A DNA stretch of 64,000 nucleotides. It comes from Octopus sinensis. Its lineage: Eukaryota. Shown here piece by piece: positions 24,550 through 36,850 of this stretch. The first letter of the stretch is position 1; each line of letters opens with the position of its first letter. The notes under the pieces are model-generated. The model did not search any database. It saw only the letters and a program-made list of their open reading frames with translations, and was not told the origin of the DNA. The stretch lies in contig NC_043000.1 of NCBI RefSeq assembly GCF_006345805.1, forward strand, positions 155,062,001 to 155,126,000, in the 5' to 3' direction. The translations under genes were made by a program, and so were the position numbers.

Positions 24550-25035
24550 TCTTTCTTGTACAAGTTTGAAATTTTACGGGGAGGTGGCAAGTCGATAACT
24601 ATTTCTTTACTACCCACAAGGGGCTAAACATAGAGGGGACAAACAAGGACAGGCAAACGGATTAAATCGATTACATCGACCCCAGTGCGTAACTGGTACT
24701 TAATTTATCGACCCCGAAAGGATGAAAGGCAAAGTCGACCTCGGCGGAATTTGAACTGAGAACGTAACGGCAGACGAAATACGGGTACGCATTTCGCCCG
24801 GCGTGCTAACGTTTCTGCCAGCTCACCGGGGAGGCGGCAAGTCGATAACATTGATCCTAGTGCTCAAATGGTACTATTTTTATTTAACCGAAAATATGAA
24901 AAGAAAAATCAGCCTTTGCGGTATTTGAACTGAGAACATGTCGTGGGGAGATGGTTAGTCGATTAAACTGCCTCTAGTACTTGACTGGTGCTTTGTTTGA
25001 TCGACCCCGGAAGAATAAAAGGCAAAGTTTACATC
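24550..25035 (-). mobile_element. Young SINE-B (24600-24826) nested in older SINE-C copies
   Basis: 23-bp TSD with one mismatch at 24577-24599 and 24827-24849. Confidence 0.85.
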
Positions 25036-25150
25036 TATTGGACAAGATAATTTATAAGTGGAATAAACAAAATGAGATTATTTAAAATAATATATGTAGC
25101 AGCCACAGTAGTTACAACAGAAAGTGGGTGTACCCATCGTTCTACTCATA

Positions 25151-25560
25151 TACTCTTTTACTCTTTTACTTGTTTCAGTCATTTGATTGCGGCCATGCTG
25201 GAGCACCGCCTTTAACCGAGCAACTCGACCCCGGGACTTATTCTTTTGTAAGCCCAGTACTTATTCTATCGGTCTCTTTTGCCGAACCGCTAGGTAACGG
25301 GGACATAAACACACCAGCATCGGTTGTCAAGCAATGCTAGGGGGACAAACACAGACACACAAACACACACACGCATATATATATATATACATATATACGA
25401 CGGGCTTCTTTCAGTTTCCGTCTACCAAATCCACTCACAAAGCTTTGGTCGGCCCGAGGCTATAGTAGAAGACACTTGCCCAAGATGCCACGCAGTGGGA
25501 CTGAACCCGGAACCATGTGGTTGGTAAACAAGCTACTTACCACACAGCCACTCCTGCGCC
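25151..25560 (-). mobile_element. SINE-A, full length
   Basis: Empty-site paralogue at 23854-23869. Confidence 0.9.
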
Positions 25561-25599
25561 TATAAGAATATTGAACTAAAAAATTAAACAGCCGGAAGG

Positions 25600-27170
25600 A
25601 AAACCGTAAAGATTTTTGTTAGATGGATGATTTAAAACTATAAACAACAATCAACAGTCTTCTGGAAAAAATCAACCAAAAACGACATAAATTTTCCAAG
25701 ATATGAGAATGAGCGTGGGTTTAGACATGTGTACTTGAGTTTCTCAACGACTGGGAAAATTAAATTAAAACTTGAAAAATTAAGTTAGATTTCGACAGTG
25801 AAATTAGAGAGCGAGTCGAGAACCACCCGTACAAGTAATTAGGAATAGATGAAGGTGATAAGCCGCAACAGACAGAAATGAAGGAGATAATTAGAAAATA
25901 TTACCACAGAGAAGCCAGACTGATATTAAAAACTGAACTCAGCGCCAGATATATGATTATAGGTATAAATATACTCGCCATTTCAATCATAAACTACAAC
26001 TTCAATATAATAAATTGGAAATCACGTGAACTGAAAAATTTAGAATCAGAAAATTATACACTACATTCTTAAACCATTTAGTTTTTTTGAAGAGCTGATA
26101 TAGATAGGCAGATATAAAATAACTATAGCGTGCAAAAAAAGGAAAGAGTCTGATACACTCAGAAACAATTGACCACATAGTGTTTAGAAAAATAGCCAGA
26201 AGCAAGTAAATGTACACTGATTAGTGTAATAAGGCAATAGGAAAGAACAAGCTAACAAGAAGTAAACACTTTTACATATAAGCTACAATAATATATAAAC
26301 TAGGAGGCAATTACACTGAGAGAAAATGTTTGGATACGAACAAAAGAAAAAATAAGCAAATAAAAAATATAAAATCGAAACGAAAATAATGAAGAAAAGG
26401 GGAGAGAAAAGCCTTTTAGGGTATCCTGCAAGACAGCTCAGAGTAGGTAGAAAGGAAGTGAACTAATTTGAAAGCGAAGAACCAAAAGCTCCGGACCAAA
26501 GGTTGAAGGTCTGTTTTTGACTGTACAATTTCTATACCAAGACACATACAAACCACCAAAATAAAATAATAAGCATGAAGATAACGTCAACTATAGGCTA
26601 CACAATCAATATATGAAACAATCAATCATATAATTTCCGGTTGTCCAGTCCTCACAAAGACAGATATGACTCGATAGACTATTATATTTATTAGACAAAT
26701 GTGGATACTTCCATATGAGAACTAAAGGTACTAAATCCGACAAAGATACTTTTGTATGACTTAACCTGAGGAGAAGAACGACACTCCTGTGATTTTTCAA
26801 GCCTTCTGTGACTAGTGGGACAAAGCGAGAGTTCTTCACAGAGAAGAGGCTTTCCCCGAATGACTGCACCACACGGGACTCCACTAAAGTTACCCATGGG
26901 TCAGGTGATGTGTGTTAATCTGGGCAATAAATTATATTACTCCCAAAACTACACTCTCGGGCGTATGTGTCCAAACTAACTTATAAATCAAAGCAGACCT
27001 AAATATTGCAAAGTCAGAAATGATAGAAAACCTTTCCGATATCTTCAGACAAAAGTACGGACTAAAATATTGCGAAATGCTATCAAAGTACCTTGCAATG
27101 GAGTAAAGAACATGAACACTGGTTATAAAAACTTACCAAGGTTTACAACTATAAACACAATTCAAAGTTC
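25600..27170 (+). mobile_element. Decayed R4/Dong-like retrotransposon (RT C-terminus, zinc knuckle, RLE)
   Basis: MDDLKL; MKEIIRKYYHREARLILKTELSARYMIIGINILAISIINYNFNIINW; INHIISGCPVL; degenerate RPD..LSKY motifs. Confidence 0.7.
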
Positions 27171-27806
27171 TGTATTTTCTGGAGGTTTATAAAGACGCTA
27201 GTTAATGTAAGTGCAGCCACCCAGAGGTTCTAGGTTCAATCCCAGGCAAGACACAAGACGCCCGAAGAAGGCTAGAGCGTACAAAACTGAAACGGGTGAA
27301 AGCATCAACCATGATGAGGGCATGACTCCAACGAATATGTAATATAAAATTCTTCATTCCAGGAAACACAGAATTGTAAAGTAGCAAATTTATTATATCT
27401 GCAGCAGCACGATCCTCTCTAGAAATTGAATTAAAGACTAAACCTAAAATAAGCGAAAACGTTTCTGCACTTGAAATGGTAGGGAATCATGCAAAGAACC
27501 ATAAAGCATATCTTGTTTTCTGAAAAATGTATGCATGTGTACTTATATAGGGTAGTCATTTTACTCCCCACAATGAACAAAACAACTAAAGTTGGCATTT
27601 ATAAGCAGATAAAAGACTGAATTATGTAATGGGAACTATTATACGCAAAAGAAGAACAGACAATCACCTTTCAAAATGTGTAAAATATATCCATAGTTAC
27701 TAGAATGTAGTTGACAAATGCGCCTGCGTGATGTATTTTCTGAAAAGTAACACACACACACACACACACAACACACACACACATACACGCACACACACAC
27801 ACACAC

Positions 27807-27904
<98 letters not shown>

Positions 27905-28064
27905 ATTGAATCAAGATATTCCATGCTAGCGTGAATAAAATGTACCTATATACACTTGCAGAAAAGCTATTCTCTGTACCCAAAGTCACCACCTAATTTC
28001 AACTATAAGAAAAAGCTGTATTTGTTCATGTGAACCTTAAACTGTTTTAGAATGTGACAATGTA

Positions 28065-28330
28065 TGGGATATATTGATGCAAGTTGAAGTCATATCACTT
28101 TAACATACTGATAAGCCATCACAGAGCAAATACTAAACCTCACATAATTTTCCATGATAAGAAAGACGATATTGTACTCTATCGATATAGCAATAGTAAC
28201 GATAATAATAACGTATAGAATCTAGCTGAAAAGCTAAGGAATTAATTCAACGTAGTTGCTGAAATAAAATTTAAAGAATGTATCTTACTCTATTTGTAAG
28301 TGGTACAACCGAAATGTTATAAAAATCATT
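28065..28330 (+). mobile_element. Highly decayed RLE fragment of an R4/Dong-like element
   Basis: WD..TDK..RAN.P.IIFHDKK..IDIAI.ND-like codons. Confidence 0.45.
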
Positions 28331-28502
28331 TCTGTAATGACCTTAACATACAATGAATAAGGATAGCCATAGAAAATATTAGTATTAAATTCGGTAAATT
28401 TTGTCAGAGCGATCTCATGCAGCTTTAAATAGTTTCATACATTTTCCAAGATGTATTAATTTGTTTTGGAGAAGGAAAACTCTTAATGTATTTCTGAGAC
28501 TG

Positions 28503-28589
<87 letters not shown>

Positions 28590-28591
<2 letters not shown>

Positions 28592-29090
28592 GTATGAGCA
28601 CAAACCGCAGAGAGTGGTGGAATCGGAGACCAGTAAGATCCTCTGGGATTTCCCAATCTAAACAGATTGCTAGAGCATAACAGACCGACCCTAATGGTGG
28701 TGGACAAAGTGCACCACATATGCTCTATAGTTGATGTTGCATGCCTCTTTGACTCACGAATAGTCAAGAAGGAAGGCGAAAAAACAAATATATACAATCC
28801 TCTTAAGTACGAAATAGCCCGGTTATGGGAAATGAAGGTGAAGATAGTGCCAATTATTGTTAGATCCTTGGGAACAGTATCAGAAGGCATTAAGAGCAAT
28901 ATAAAGGAAATTAGAATAGAGTGCCCAGTAGAACTGTTACAAAAATGTTGCCTCCTTGGCACGGCCAGAATTATCAGGAAAGTATTAGATAGCTGAAAAG
29001 AACGAATAGCATCGTACCGTAGGCTATAAGTCGTAAGCCAGCAACACATGCAAGATTCCAGGGGCTTCAACAAAACCTGTGATAAAGAGA
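28590..29090 (+). mobile_element. 5'-truncated R4/Dong-like element (RLE domain and 3' UTR) starting at (AAT)n
   Basis: WYEHKPQRVVESETSKILWDF; HNRPTLMVVDK..IVDVACLFD..KKEGEK..Y..LKYEIARLW..LQKCCLLGTARIIRKVL. Confidence 0.85.
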
Positions 29091-29103
29091 ACTACTACTA
29101 CTA

Positions 29104-29151
<48 letters not shown>

Positions 29152-29168
29152 TACTACTACTACTACTA

Positions 29169-29215
<47 letters not shown>

Positions 29216-29248
29216 ATAATAATAATAATAATAATGATAATAATAATA

Positions 29249-30812
29249 ATGGATGGTTTAAAGTTCTTTGAGACGACCGAAAGTGAAATAAATGACCTAG
29301 TTTCAATAGTGCAGATATTCAGTAAGGATATCGGAATGGAATTTGGGACTAAAAAGTATGGCAGGCTGATAATGCCAAAAGGTAAAGAAGTGTCGTCTGA
29401 TGTTGTAGAACTATCCAACGGTGAGAAAATCAAGGGTATTGAGACTAAAGGATATAAGCATCTGGGTATTTTTGGAATATGACAAATTCGAGGAAAGTGA
29501 AATGAAGGAAAACTTTAGGCGAGAATATCTCAGAAGAACCAAATTAATTATGGGGTGTACTCTCAATAGAAAAAATCAGGATCAAGGAAACGAACACATG
29601 GATGTTTCCTTAAGGGGAGATGGCGCAGGTGTTCTTTGGTGGACAAAGAACGAGCTTGATGAAATGGACAGGAAAACCAGAAACTATACCAAACGCGATA
29701 CTGACAGGTTGTATGTGACTAAGAACAAGGGAGAAAGGGGTCTCATACGATGCAAGACCTGTGTTGTCAACGAAAAGAGTCTGGGGGGATGGTACATCAA
29801 ACAGAACAGCAGAGTGAATCCTTGCTTGCCGCTGTCAGAATTAACAATACAATACCTACCGAAAATGTGATGCACCCAGAAATATTTGAGAAACATGATG
29901 AAGAAAGAATAAACAATTGGAAAATGAAATCCCTGCATGGGCGATGCCTCAGAGAAATCGGAAGAAAAGACAGGACCAACATTTAAAGATGGCTAAGAAA
30001 AGGTGATCTGAAATGATGCACTGAGACATTGCTATGCAGCGGCCAGGAACAAGCTCTGAGAACTAGTTACACCAAGTTCCAAATAGATAAGAACAGCGAA
30101 TCACCACTTTGTAGGATGTGTGGCAACAAAAATGAAACAATCTCACGTGTTGTGAGTGAGTGTAGCAAACTAGCCCAAAAACTCTACAAAAAGAAGCACG
30201 ATAATGTGATTAAGTTTGTTCACTGGAGGCTATGTGAGAAGTACGGCTTGGACAGAGCACAGAAATGGTACGAACAAGAACCAGAAGAGGTCACCGAGAA
30301 GAAGGAATATAAGATACTGTGTGCTTTTACAATCCAATGTGACTCCTTAATCGAGGCTCGGAGACAATATTGTTGTGGTAGATAAAAGAAAAAGGGAAAC
30401 CAAGAATTATAGATATTGCAATATTTGGGGATGCATGTATAAGCGACAAAAAACTAGAAAAGGTTGAAAAATGCAGACTACTAAAAGCCGAAATTGCAAT
30501 TATGTGGACTATGGGGAGAATGTCTGTCATTCCAGTAGCTGCAAGAGCACTCGGAGCACTAGCGACTGGGTTAGAGAAATATGTCAGAGAAATCGGAATT
30601 GACATGAGAGCAGAGCAAGTCCAAAAATCTGCGCTGCTAGGAACAACTAGGATTTTGAGATTGGGTTTTGGATATCTCTCACGATGATTAACGACAATGT
30701 GTCAAAGCTTATAATGTGCGGAAAGAGACTCTGTGTGATCTTTGACAACAGGCTGTTGTCCACTGCCATAGAATCAATCAGAGCAAACAAGACCGAGCGC
30801 TCTGAGAAGTAA
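29249..30812 (+). mobile_element. 5'-truncated R4/Dong-like element (RT end, CCHC, RLE)
   Basis: MDGLKFF..FSKDIGMEFG..GYKHLG; DTDRLYV..GERGL; QEQALRT..CRMCGNKNETISRVVSEC; QKSALLGTTRILR. Confidence 0.85.
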
Positions 30813-30882
30813 AACAACAGCAGCAGCAGTAGCAGCAGTAACAACTACAACAACAACAACAACAGTAACAACAACAACAGCA

Positions 30883-31257
30883 TTTTCTACTTGGGGGGAG
30901 GGGGACTAATCGATTATATCGACCCCAGTATTTCACTGCTACTTAATTTATCGTTCACGAAAGGTTGAAAGGCAAAGTGGACGTCGGCGGAATTTGAACC
31001 CAGAACGTAGCGACAGGCGAAATACCTATTTCTTTACAACCCACAAGGGGCTAAACACAGAGAGGACAAACAAGGACAGACAAACGCATTAAGTCGATTA
31101 TATCGACCCCAGTGCGTAACTGGTACTTATTTAATCGACCCCGACAGGATGAAAGGCAAAGTCGACCTCGGCGGAATTTGAACTCAGAACGTAGCGGCAG
31201 GCGAAATACCGCTAAGCATTTCGTCTAGCATAATAATTATTCTGTCAGCTCACCGCC
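30883..31257 (-). mobile_element. SINE-B/C dimer
   Basis: Same junction GGCGAAATA|CCTATTTCTT at 31024; sits between (AAC)n and (AAT)n. Confidence 0.85.
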
Positions 31258-31332
<75 letters not shown>

Positions 31333-31551
31333 TGTCTTAACTGGTACATCACACGTATTGAGAAGAGCATTGTCGATGTGAGAACTGTTGCTGCTCATGT
31401 ATTTTAATTTAACTTAAAAAAAAAAAAAAATGAACGAACTACTGAGTTTGGTTTAATGGCCTACCAATGTATACTATGAGTTTCTTTGCCCTAGGAGTCG
31501 GGAAGGCACTCAGCAAGAAATGGAAGCAAATTTGAAAGAAGAAAAAAAAAG

Positions 31552-31582
<31 letters not shown>

Positions 31583-31595
31583 AATAATAATAATG

Positions 31596-31668
<73 letters not shown>

Positions 31669-31899
31669 TTATGATAATAATAATAATAAGGATCACTGTC
31701 GGCAATTTCGTGGTATGAATATTGAAGGTTTGGTAAAAAAAAAAAAATTACAAACAAAGAAGCTTCATGAATTCGGGTATGGATTTTAGTATGAAGTCAG
31801 AAAGGGACAATAACGATTTTCATTTTGCCTGGGATTGGATAAATTCTTTTAGTGTTTTGTTTCTTCAATTAGAATTATTTAAATACTTCATGACACATT

Positions 31900-34800
31900 T
31901 TATGTTGCTCAGAGCAAATTCCATTTTGGGCGTTCCCGATCCACCGGCCCTGTATCCAGGGAGCCTTTTCCGCACATGGAATTGATATGCAGTGGAGTCT
32001 AGGATTTCGGACGAGAGAGTGTGATGGGGGACATAATCCCCTAGCATCATTCTAGAGCATCCTTCTAGAGATGGTATCTCGATAAAAATACTAATGCGTG
32101 ATTGCCCTAAACCCAAACCTCAGTATTGAGTGAAAATATCCAAAACAAGTAGATAGAATAATGGTGTTAATAAATCTGGAACCAATTGTGAAGGTCTTTC
32201 GCTCGGCATGTCCCCTGAGGTTGAGTTGCGCTGACCCGGTCATCATCCAGAGACTGCTCATACTGAAAGTCAAAGGCAGCGAAAACGGTAGGACAAGGAG
32301 GCAAAGCAAATTTTAATTGAGAGCTGAATCCGAAGTGAACCTAGTAGAAAGGGACGCCGAAAATTCATGGAATCAAAATTACATGAAATAAGACACTTTG
32401 AGATAAGTGAGCAACAGGTAGCCGATTAGGCAATAACAATAACAACAAATGCTTGGTTAACAGACATGGAAACTGAATATATAAAAATAGGAAAAAAGAA
32501 AAGAAACGATAATATTGCACCAGCAAATATCGTGCTTTATGAGGACGGGAAAATGAATGATAGTGGTGAAGACGTAGATCAAGGGGTAAATGCATTCCTC
32601 GATGGAAGAGCTATAAGGACACGATGGTTATCAACAAAACGTAGTTGAGGATATATTAGGGAAGACCAGGCTGAAACACCTCCCAATTTGAGATATCCTA
32701 ATAGGTGTAGGCTAAAAGCAGACTCCGAGAGAATAAATTCTGTTCTTGGACTATTTCAGATGGGTAATATAATTGAAACCAACAAGATTATTATCAGGGT
32801 TGCAGCATAGGTTAGCACGGAAGGGTTGGATATAAAAGAAGAGAACAAACAGTGCATGAAGAACTATATTGGCGAAAACGAATTTGTGAGAAACTAAATT
32901 AAAAAGAGATTTGGAACAAGTTGATAGAGTGAAAAGATGGGAAGAGCAAAACAAAATGTTGAGAATAAGGCCGGAAAGAAAATATAGAATAAAAGATAAA
33001 GGATATTGATATAGGCGCAGGAGTGGCTGTGTGGTAAGTAGCTTGCTAACCAACCACATGGTTCCGGGTTCAATCCCACTGCGTGGCATCTTGGGCAAGT
33101 GTCTTCTGCTATAACCCCGGGCCGACCAATGCCTTGTGAGTGGATTTGGTAGACGGAAACTGAAAGAAGCCTGTCGTATATATGTATATATATATATATA
33201 TATGTATGTGTGTATGTTTGTGTGTCTGTGTTTGTTCCCCTAGCATTGCTTGACAACCGATGCTGGTGTGTTTATGTCCCCGTCACTTAGCGGTTCGGCA
33301 AAAAGAGACCGATAGAATAAGTACTGGGCTTACAAAAAGAATAAGTCCCGTGGTCGAGTTGCTCGACTAAAGGCGGTGCTCCAGCATGGCCACAGTCAAA
33401 TAAATGAAACAAGTAAAAGAGTAAGTACTCGAAGAATTGAAACAAAGAGCAGTAGCAATGAAGGAAGAATTGGAGAAATGGCAATAAAAGAAAATTCAGG
33501 TAGAGCATATTGCTTTTTAGCCAATCAGAGTAAAAAGTGTTTGAGGAATTAGATGGACAATTATACATAACACTGACCCTTGATGTCACGAAAGCTGAGC
33601 CTTTCGTGGGGAAATCTGGGGTCAATCAGTAGAGCATAATGATAATGTGGAGTGGTTGCATGAAATCCAAGATAGGTTAAGAAACGTACAGTCAAGACAA
33701 GAAAAATAAATACCGGAAAGATAAAGACAGATAAGTAAAATACCAAATTGGAAGAGACCAGGACCGGATGGTTGCCAAAGATATCGGATGGAGATGCCGA
33801 GAGAGCTCCATGAAAGGATAGCAGACCAGCTGGATAAATGTTTGCAGGAAGGCTCAGGACCCAGTTGGATGACAATGAGAGAGAGACATTGTTATATGTT
33901 AGATCATCTTGAAAAGAGTTACATTGCGATCCACCTTCCGACCAACAACGTGTCTTCCGCTATTGTGGAAATAACTCAGCTGTTTTGGTCGGCGAATTGT
34001 TTGGATACTTAGAAAAAAATGTGGGCTGCTACCGACTGAGCAGAAAGAGTGTCGGAAGAGGAGCTGAGGAACGAAAGATCAGCTATTAGTTGACAAGTTA
34101 ATAATTAGAAACTGGAATGAAAGTTACACACATTTGAGCATAGCAAAATATATGATATTGCCACACTCATTGATAACAAGAACTACGAAAATGTATGAAG
34201 TAGCAAAAAATATGAGGAGCCTTATATGGAACAGAATGAAATGTTGGGAAACTGAATTGACAGCAGGGAATCAGGTGTTAGGGGAAGTGAAAATTAGGAG
34301 AGGAATTTTCCAGGGGTGCAGTGTATTCCATTTGACCTCTGTATTGGGAATGGTTCCTTTGAGTGAAATGCCGCTGAAGACAAAGTTCGGGTACGATCTG
34401 GGAAGTGGAAAAGGAAGGCTCAATGATCTATTTATGAATGATTTGGAGTAATTCACAAAAATTGAGTGAGAATTGGATAGTCTAGTCCATTCTGTGCGGA
34501 ACAAGATGGAGTTTGGACTTTCAAAATGTGTTGCGATAGTGAAACAAGTCATTACAGAAGGAACCTGTATGCCAAGTGGTTAAATGATGAAGGCAATTGA
34601 ACCTGATATAATCTGGTAATACTTGGAATCAAGCATAGTGATATTAAAGAAAAGGCAAAGAAAGAGTATTTGCGGCGAATGAGAAAAATATTGCATTCAA
34701 AGCTGAATGCTAGAAACATAATTTCGGCAATAAACTCGCGCGCAGTCACAGTGGTCCGGCATGGTACTGGAATTAAAAAAGCTCCAAACAATGCGTGTAG

Positions 34801-35060
34801 CCCACGTTCAGACACTGATCGCCTATACACAAGGAGAGCAAATAGAGCAAATAGAGGAAGGGGATTGATAGATATGGAAGACTGCATGCATATCGAATCG
34901 GTGTATCTAATTAGTGTATCAATAGCAACTTGTGACAATTTATCTCTAAAAGAAACGGAGAATCTCAAAATACAAAGATCTGAAAATAGAGGACACTCGA
35001 ATGTGGAGTCTAAAAACAGAAACTATCCTTTTAATACTAGATGCATTGGGTATGATTAAA
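31900..35060 (+). mobile_element. Decayed R4/Dong-like retrotransposon (probable 5' UTR, N-terminus, RT), interrupted by SINE-A
   Basis: ETNKIIIRVAA; IVLEELKQR; NWKRPGPDG; GTKDQLLVDKLI; KIRRGIFQG; LFMNDL; EYLRRMRKILHSKLNARNIISAINS; DTDRLY. The 5' boundary is uncertain. Confidence 0.75.
33014..33423 (+). mobile_element. SINE-A, full length, inserted in the R4-like ORF
   Basis: Splits codons GAT ATA|GTA CTC GAA (DIVLE). Confidence 0.9.
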
Positions 35061-35261
35061 AAACATAAAGACAAAGGCATAACCAAAGCACCAGAACATA
35101 TGAATGCATATAACATAGTATGTAGATAGCACTACGATGCACCGCGCACATGCTACGTAAAGCACTTTCCATCCACTGAAACAAGAACAACAAGAACAAC
35201 AACATCAACAACAACAATAATCCTTTCTATTATAGACACAAGGCCTGATTTTGTGGGGGAA

Positions 35262-35493
35262 GGCAGTGAGCTGGCAGAAACCTTAGCACGCCGGGCGAAA
35301 TGCGTAGCCGTATTTCGTCTGCCGTTACGTTCTGAGTTCAAATTCCGCCGAGGTCGACTTTGCCTTTCATCCTTTCGGGGTCGATAAATTAAGTACCAAT
35401 TACGCACTGGGATCGATCTAATCGACTTAATCCGTTTGTCTGTCCTTGTTTGTCCCCTCTGTGTTTGGCCCCTTGTAGGTAGTAAAGAAATAG
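35262..35493 (+). mobile_element. SINE-B monomer, preceded by an inverted SINE-C tail (35221-35261)
   Basis: GGCAGTGAGCTGGCAGAAA..GAGTTCAAATTCCGCC..GCCTTTCATCCTTTCGGGGTCGATAAATTAAGTACC..AAAGAAATAG. Confidence 0.9.
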
Positions 35494-36734
35494 ATTAGAG
35501 ACTTCTTTGTGACCTCTCAAGTCCCTGAAAGGAATGCACCACTACAAAGGTTAAGTATTAAACTAAGAAGTTAATGTGAATATAACATAGCAGGGGTATA
35601 CGTATTCCTATCTTTATTGTATTTTAAATTCACTTCAATTTATAACAAACCGAAAATATTCTCATTGTTTGGAGAATATGTTACTTACGTGAGCGTCTTA
35701 ACATAGGCCACTGTGATATGAATTATGTTTGGACACATAATTGTTCTAATTCACACACGGCGATAAATATGATTAGCAGCTTGCTGTGAGGTCGCTGTGT
35801 AGGTAGACCCAGTAAAAATGAAACCAATGGGTGCCAAAACGAAAAAGAAAAAAAACTCAGATTATGTTTAGTTAGTTTACTTAACGTAAATTGTGCTTAA
35901 AATATTTCGACTGCGTTGTTCTAGCTGTTTATTTTAATGGTGTGATTGTTGTAACGTAAGTCACTGCGTGATTTCAATTAGAATCTACTACGAAATCATT
36001 AAAATCGGAATTGCTTCCACCAGCTTTTCTTTCTGTCAAGACTAATCTCTTAACTGTTTCGAGAAGTGTTCGTTATTTCTAGAGTTCATTTTACCTTCTT
36101 ATCTGATGGTCTGAAGTATAAGTAAGTATGTGTGAAACATTCTGGGGATATTTGAATAAAGATAAGGTGCTTAATTTGTAATTTGGAATTGGGTAGAGAA
36201 CTAACCAAGGAGAGAGTCCCCATATGATCGCCCAGTCTGCTAGAAACAGCTGCCAAATATCCACTAAATTATTCCAATTGTCATGAAGATTAAGGACACA
36301 TTGGATAATGTATTATTAGATAAACAATCTGTGAAAAAAAATGAGACGATCACAGCTGGAACATTTTGTTTAAATGTATGCTTTAGCAAGAACGACCTAC
36401 AACTAAACAAACGACAACAGCTACTGTAAAATGCGGATGACTTTAAAAAGAAACTTAAGTCATGGAGGAAATGTTTGTACAAATTATAAATGAGCTCTAC
36501 CATAAAACATAGAAACATTAATACCTATGATCAGAAGGGGAAAAAAGAAAAAAAAAAACCCAGAAAACGTAAACAGTAAGGTTTACGAACTAAGATTTGG
36601 GTTAGACAGTTAACACATATCTTAGTGTCCCGTGAAGTATTTGTGAGTGTACTCTTTATCTTTAACGTGATATGTAATTTGGTTGAGTCAACAAACGTTT
36701 CAAAGTTTTGGTACGATGCCAGCAATTTTTAAGA

Positions 36735-36850
36735 GAGAGATATCATCGACTGTAGTATTTTACTGGTACTTTATTTCATCAGTCCCAAATAGATGAAAGG
36801 AAAAATTGACCTTTGCAGGGTTTGAACCGAGAACGTAAAGAGCCGGAATC
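36735..36850 (-). mobile_element. Old SINE-C fragment
   Basis: CTGGTACTTTATTT..GATGAAAGG..TTGACCT..TTTGAACCGAGAACGTAAAG. Confidence 0.65.
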
